In this document: piece by piece, positions 42,426-45,472 of the stretch
Layout of the letters: the number at the start of each line of letters is the position of its first letter
Numbering within the stretch: the stretch's first letter is position 1
DNA from: Haloferacaceae archaeon
GTDB taxonomy: Archaea; Halobacteriota; Halobacteria; Halobacteriales; Haloferacaceae
Direction of reading: 5' to 3'
DNA length: 45,472 nucleotides
Assembly (NCBI GenBank): GCA_028274865.1
Contig: JAQCMY010000021.1
Span: 1 to 45,472 of the forward strand
Notes under the pieces: generated by a model
Databases searched by the model: none
The model's input: the letters and a program-made list of their open reading frames with translations, nothing else
What the model was told of the DNA's origin: nothing
Made by a program: the position numbers and the translations under genes

Positions 42426-43174
42426 ACGCGGCGGTAGTCGCCGAGACGCGTTCCGTCGAGCAGGTAGACCTCGCCGTCGGCGAGAGCGTCGGGGAGGAAC
42501 GGCGCGAGAAACGCCTCGGCCTCGACGTTCACCCGCGTCCCGCCGGACCGGCCGTTGAACGCCGGGACGACGACGAGTTCCGGGTCGGAGGCTGGCCACG
42601 CGACGTCGCCGTCGTCGGCGAACGGGCCGCTTTGGAGCCGGCCACGGAGCCACGCGCGCTCGGAGCGCGCGCCGCCGACGGCGTCCTCGAGCCGGACCCG
42701 CGGGTGTTCGTGGCCGACGACGACCGACTCGGCGCCGAGCACAGCCGGCGCCGGCCAGGTGTGACCGTGGGCGAACCCGACCGGTCCGGCGCGCCACCCC
42801 GTCGGGTCGCGCACGTCGACGGGGCGGTCGGCGAGCGCCTCGGCGACTCCCGCGTCGTGGTTGCCGGGGACGAGCGTCACCGCCGCGCGGTCGAGCGCCG
42901 CGTCGACGAGTGCGCGGAGCTCCGCCGTCTCGGCGCCCGACGGGTCGCCGATGCGGTGCGCGAGGTCGCCGACGACGACGAGACGGTCGGCGTCGGTGCG
43001 GTCGAGGAGCGAACAGAGCCGGTCCCGCCGGGCGTCGGCGGCGGAGTCGAGCTCCACGCCGCGCTCGTAGCGCAGGCCGGCCTCGATGCCGGCGTGGACG
43101 TCCGCGACGACGAGGGCGCGCTCTCCGTCGAGGTCGGCCGTCGCCGCCGGTTCGCCCGGCACCGGGTCGATCAA
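42422..43174 (-). CDS. rpe: Calcineurin-like metallophosphoesterase, RPA-associated (Rpe-like)
   Basis: VVADVHAG, VVVGDLAH, PGNHD and GHEH motifs are present. A TTG start at 43174 overlaps the rpap1 TGA (TTGA). Alternative starts are GTG 43162 or 43210. Confidence 0.8.
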   Translation of the reverse strand: MIDPVPGEPAATADLDGERALVVADVHAGIEAGLRYERGVELDSAADARRDRLCSLLDRTDADRLVVVGDLAHRIGDPSGAETAELRALVDAALDRAAVTLVPGNHDAGVAEALADRPVDVRDPTGWRAGPVGFAHGHTWPAPAVLGAESVVVGHEHPRVRLEDAVGGARSERAWLRGRLQSGPFADDGDVAWPASDPELVVVPAFNGRSGGTRVNVEAEAFLAPFLPDALADGEVYLLDGTRLGDYRRV

Positions 43175-44634
43175 ATCGGCTTGAGCGTCGTCTCGTCCGG
43201 CTCGTAACACCGACCGCTCATCAGGGCGTCCTGGACGGCCTCCTCGACGGCGTCCGGGTCGGCACCGTGGTCGTCGACGACGCGCGCGACGACGGTCTCG
43301 CGGTCCGCGCCGGAGCCGTCGTCGAGCGCCCGCATCGCGTCGACGACGGCGTCCTCGAGGTCGGCACCGGCGGCTGTGTCGTGTTCGGGGCCGTCCTCCT
43401 CGGCGTCTGTCGCCGCGGCTGCTCCGTCGGCCCCGGCGGCGTCATCGTCTGCGGATGCCTCCGGCTCCGGTACGTCGATGTCGGCCTCGCCCGCCGAGTC
43501 GACCTCTGTCGCCGTCTCGAACTCCGTGCCGAACTCCGCGGCCTCCGCGCGCTCCGTCTCGTCCATCTCGTAGAGACCGTCGTCGTCGAACTCGCCGGTG
43601 TCGAAGTCCCCGAGGTCGTCCGTCGGTCCGGACGGATCGTCGTCCGTCGCCGCTGTGGCCTCGGGCTCGTCGGTCGGCGCCGCGTCGGCAGGCGAGCCGA
43701 CGTCTGTCGGCGCCGCAGGAGCCTCGTCCGTCGGGTCGGCCCCCGTCGTCGACGTCGACTCGGCCTCCGGCGCCGCCTCGGCTGTCGGGTCGCCGTCCGC
43801 TCCCGACCCGACCGTCGCCTCGGGAGCCTCGCCGGCGTCGGCGGCTACGTCCGCCTCTGCCGGGGCGCGGCTGTCGGGCGTCCCCGTGGCCGCCGTCGGC
43901 CGCGACGGGAGCGGTCCGAGTGTCGCCGCGCCGCCCGCTGCCGGCGCGAGCGAGAGTCCCGAGACTGCGTCGCGCTCGCCGGCGACGAGCTCCAGCGCCT
44001 CGACGGCCATCCGCCGAACCTCGTCGAGGTACGCCTCGGTCGTGCCGTACCGCTCGAGTGCCAGCGGCACCCCCGCGGCGAGTGACTCGGAGACGCCCTC
44101 GTCGGCGAGGGCGGCTCGCAGCTCGTCGCCGCGTGCCTCGCGGCCGAGCGCGTCGGCGGCGACGGCGACGCGGCGGAGCGTCGCCCGGGCGGCGTCGACC
44201 ACCCACCGGTCGCGGGTGTCGGCGTCGACGGCGTTGACCGACTCGGGGCGGAGCGAGGAGAACACGCGGTCGCCGTCTTCCGGCTCGAACGTCCGGGCTT
44301 TGCCGGTGAGCGCGACGAACTCCGGCGGCTCGGTCCGCTCGAAGAACGCCAGCGCCTCCGGCTGGTACTGGCCGGCGTACGAGACGAACGCTCCCGTCGG
44401 GTCGGCGACGCGGGCGCGCACCACCCCGTCGTTGACCTGCTCCACCTCCGTCAGCACGCCGACGGCGAAGGCGCGGTTGACACGCGCGCCCGTCGGCAGG
44501 ACGACGTAGTTCGGCGCGCGCTCCTCGTCGCTCTCGCGGTAGGAGACGGTCACGTCGTCGAACTCCGCGGCGAGCAGACGGGCCGCCACCTCGCGTCGGC
44601 CCGGCCCGTCGTCGCCGTCGTCGCTCGAGCTCAT
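43171..44634 (-). CDS. rpap1: RPA-associated protein (COG3390-like OB-fold partner) with a long acidic linker
   Basis: The N-terminal OB-like region is NYVVLPTGARVNRAFAVGVLTEVE. About 180 aa of Asp/Glu/Thr/Pro/Ala-rich linker follow, then a conserved-looking C-terminal domain. The ATG overlaps the rpa1 TGA (ATGA). Confidence 0.75.
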   Translation of the reverse strand: MSSSDDGDDGPGRREVAARLLAAEFDDVTVSYRESDEERAPNYVVLPTGARVNRAFAVGVLTEVEQVNDGVVRARVADPTGAFVSYAGQYQPEALAFFERTEPPEFVALTGKARTFEPEDGDRVFSSLRPESVNAVDADTRDRWVVDAARATLRRVAVAADALGREARGDELRAALADEGVSESLAAGVPLALERYGTTEAYLDEVRRMAVEALELVAGERDAVSGLSLAPAAGGAATLGPLPSRPTAATGTPDSRAPAEADVAADAGEAPEATVGSGADGDPTAEAAPEAESTSTTGADPTDEAPAAPTDVGSPADAAPTDEPEATAATDDDPSGPTDDLGDFDTGEFDDDGLYEMDETERAEAAEFGTEFETATEVDSAGEADIDVPEPEASADDDAAGADGAAAATDAEEDGPEHDTAAGADLEDAVVDAMRALDDGSGADRETVVARVVDDHGADPDAVEEAVQDALMSGRCYEPDETTLKPI

Positions 44635-45472
44635 TCCGCGGCCTCCAGGTCGGCAAGCGTCTCCGCGGCCAGCCGCGCCGGCGGCTCGCCCGCCGGGTCG
44701 AACTCCGTCGCGTCGAGGTTCGCGCCGTACTCGTCGACCGAGATGGTCCCCCGGACGCGGAACGCCCGTCCGACGATCGACTCGGCGATGTCCTCCTGGA
44801 CGACGCCGCGGTCCATCGCCTCCGTCGCGGCGGCGCGGGCCGCCTCCAGCCCGCCGCCGTACACCGCTTCGGTCAGTTCGTCGTCCAGAATCGCCGTCAC
44901 CGTCTCCGTCCCGTCGTCGAGAATCGCCTTCACGCGCAGGTCGTCGACGGCGTCGACCTCGCCGTGAGACCGGCACTGCCCGTTCTGGACGACCCGAGAG
45001 CAGTTCGGACAGCGCTCGATGAGACCGGAGCCGTCGCGCACGCCGATGACGCTCGCGACCACCTCGACGTCGAACAGGCCGCCGCTCTCGACCGCCTCGG
45101 CGAGCGTGAGCCGCGGCGCGTCCTCGACCACGTCGACTGGCCGGTCGAGCGGCGTCGCCTCGGTGAACTCTGTGAGGTTCACCTGCGGCACGCCCCGGAA
45201 CTCCCGGACGTAGACGTCCGAGAGCCGGAGCGTCGCGCCCTCGACGAGCGCGTCGCGACACTGCCAGTCGGTGAACGGCAGCCGCGCCGTCTCGTCGGCG
45301 AGCACGCCCTCGCGGATGGTCGTCTCGCCGTCTCGCCCGTCGATCGTCCGGTCGTCTGCCTCTCGCACCTGTACCTCGACGGTCCGTCCCCGGTCGCCGG
45401 GGCGCAGGTCCCGCAGGTCGCGGTCGCCGCCGACCTCGTGTGGCACCTCGACCGGGTCGGCCGTCCTGACCG
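44631..45472 (-). CDS. rpa1: Replication protein A (ssDNA-binding, OB folds plus Zn finger), N-terminus beyond the window edge
   Basis: OB-fold signatures (EGVLADETARLPFTDW) and the zinc finger CPNCSRVVQNGQCRSHG are present. The reading frame stays open to nt 45472. Confidence 0.8.
   Translation of the reverse strand, partial: VRTADPVEVPHEVGGDRDLRDLRPGDRGRTVEVQVREADDRTIDGRDGETTIREGVLADETARLPFTDWQCRDALVEGATLRLSDVYVREFRGVPQVNLTEFTEATPLDRPVDVVEDAPRLTLAEAVESGGLFDVEVVASVIGVRDGSGLIERCPNCSRVVQNGQCRSHGEVDAVDDLRVKAILDDGTETVTAILDDELTEAVYGGGLEAARAAATEAMDRGVVQEDIAESIVGRAFRVRGTISVDEYGANLDATEFDPAGEPPARLAAETLADLEAAE

Noticed and set aside
43171-45261. 696-aa version of the RPA-associated protein, the 1026-aa version of Lhr (39241..42321) and the 372-aa version of GCH III (7741..8859).
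   Set aside because: The N-terminal extensions are Arg-rich, overlap the upstream genes and lack family similarity. Internal ATGs give family-typical N-termini and 1- or 4-nt coupling overlaps.
1-45472. CRISPR arrays, rRNA genes, IS elements or transposases, toxin-antitoxin pairs and recognisable defence systems.
   Set aside because: No regularly spaced repeats, no rRNA-like conserved stretches and no transposase, integrase or nuclease-defence domain signatures were seen in any frame. The only mobile element is the intein.

Overview
A very GC-rich haloarchaeal (class Halobacteria-like) chromosomal segment. Real genes show almost exclusive G/C at third codon positions and encode acidic proteins. 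The off-frame and antisense ORFs in the track are Arg/Pro-rich artefacts of stop-poor DNA. I support about 45 genes, mostly core metabolism and DNA transactions. They include a 5'-truncated tRNA-Trp whose 101-nt intron carries a box C/D guide, lipA-lplA, and a four-gene overlapping minus-strand operon (GTP cyclohydrolase III, MDR dehydrogenase, PTPS-fold protein, glycosyltransferase). There is also a Tat-exported GMC oxidoreductase pair, a hisC/AK6-like kinase/CDP-alcohol transferase chain, MBF1 and tpiA. A HerA/FtsK-like P-loop ATPase is split in its Walker A motif by a 433-aa LAGLIDADG intein. Further genes are dinB, lrp, porAB, a loose aromatic amino-acid cluster (aroC, aroA, tyrA, aroK, chorismate mutase), surE, cdc48, and an rpa1-rpap1-rpe operon followed by an Lhr helicase. 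I saw no CRISPR array, rRNA, transposase or integrase. The best candidate for an undescribed system is the GCH-III/dehydrogenase/PTPS-like/glycosyltransferase operon (5294-8532), possibly a modified or glycosylated pterin or pyrimidine pathway. Secondary candidates are the intein-bearing ATPase with its unusual domain architecture, a decayed UGSC-family two-gene module fused to a histidine-kinase remnant, and the RPA-phosphoesterase-Lhr cluster with palindromic motifs upstream of lhr. Coordinates follow the ORF track where possible. Start codons were re-chosen by hand and may be off by a few codons.
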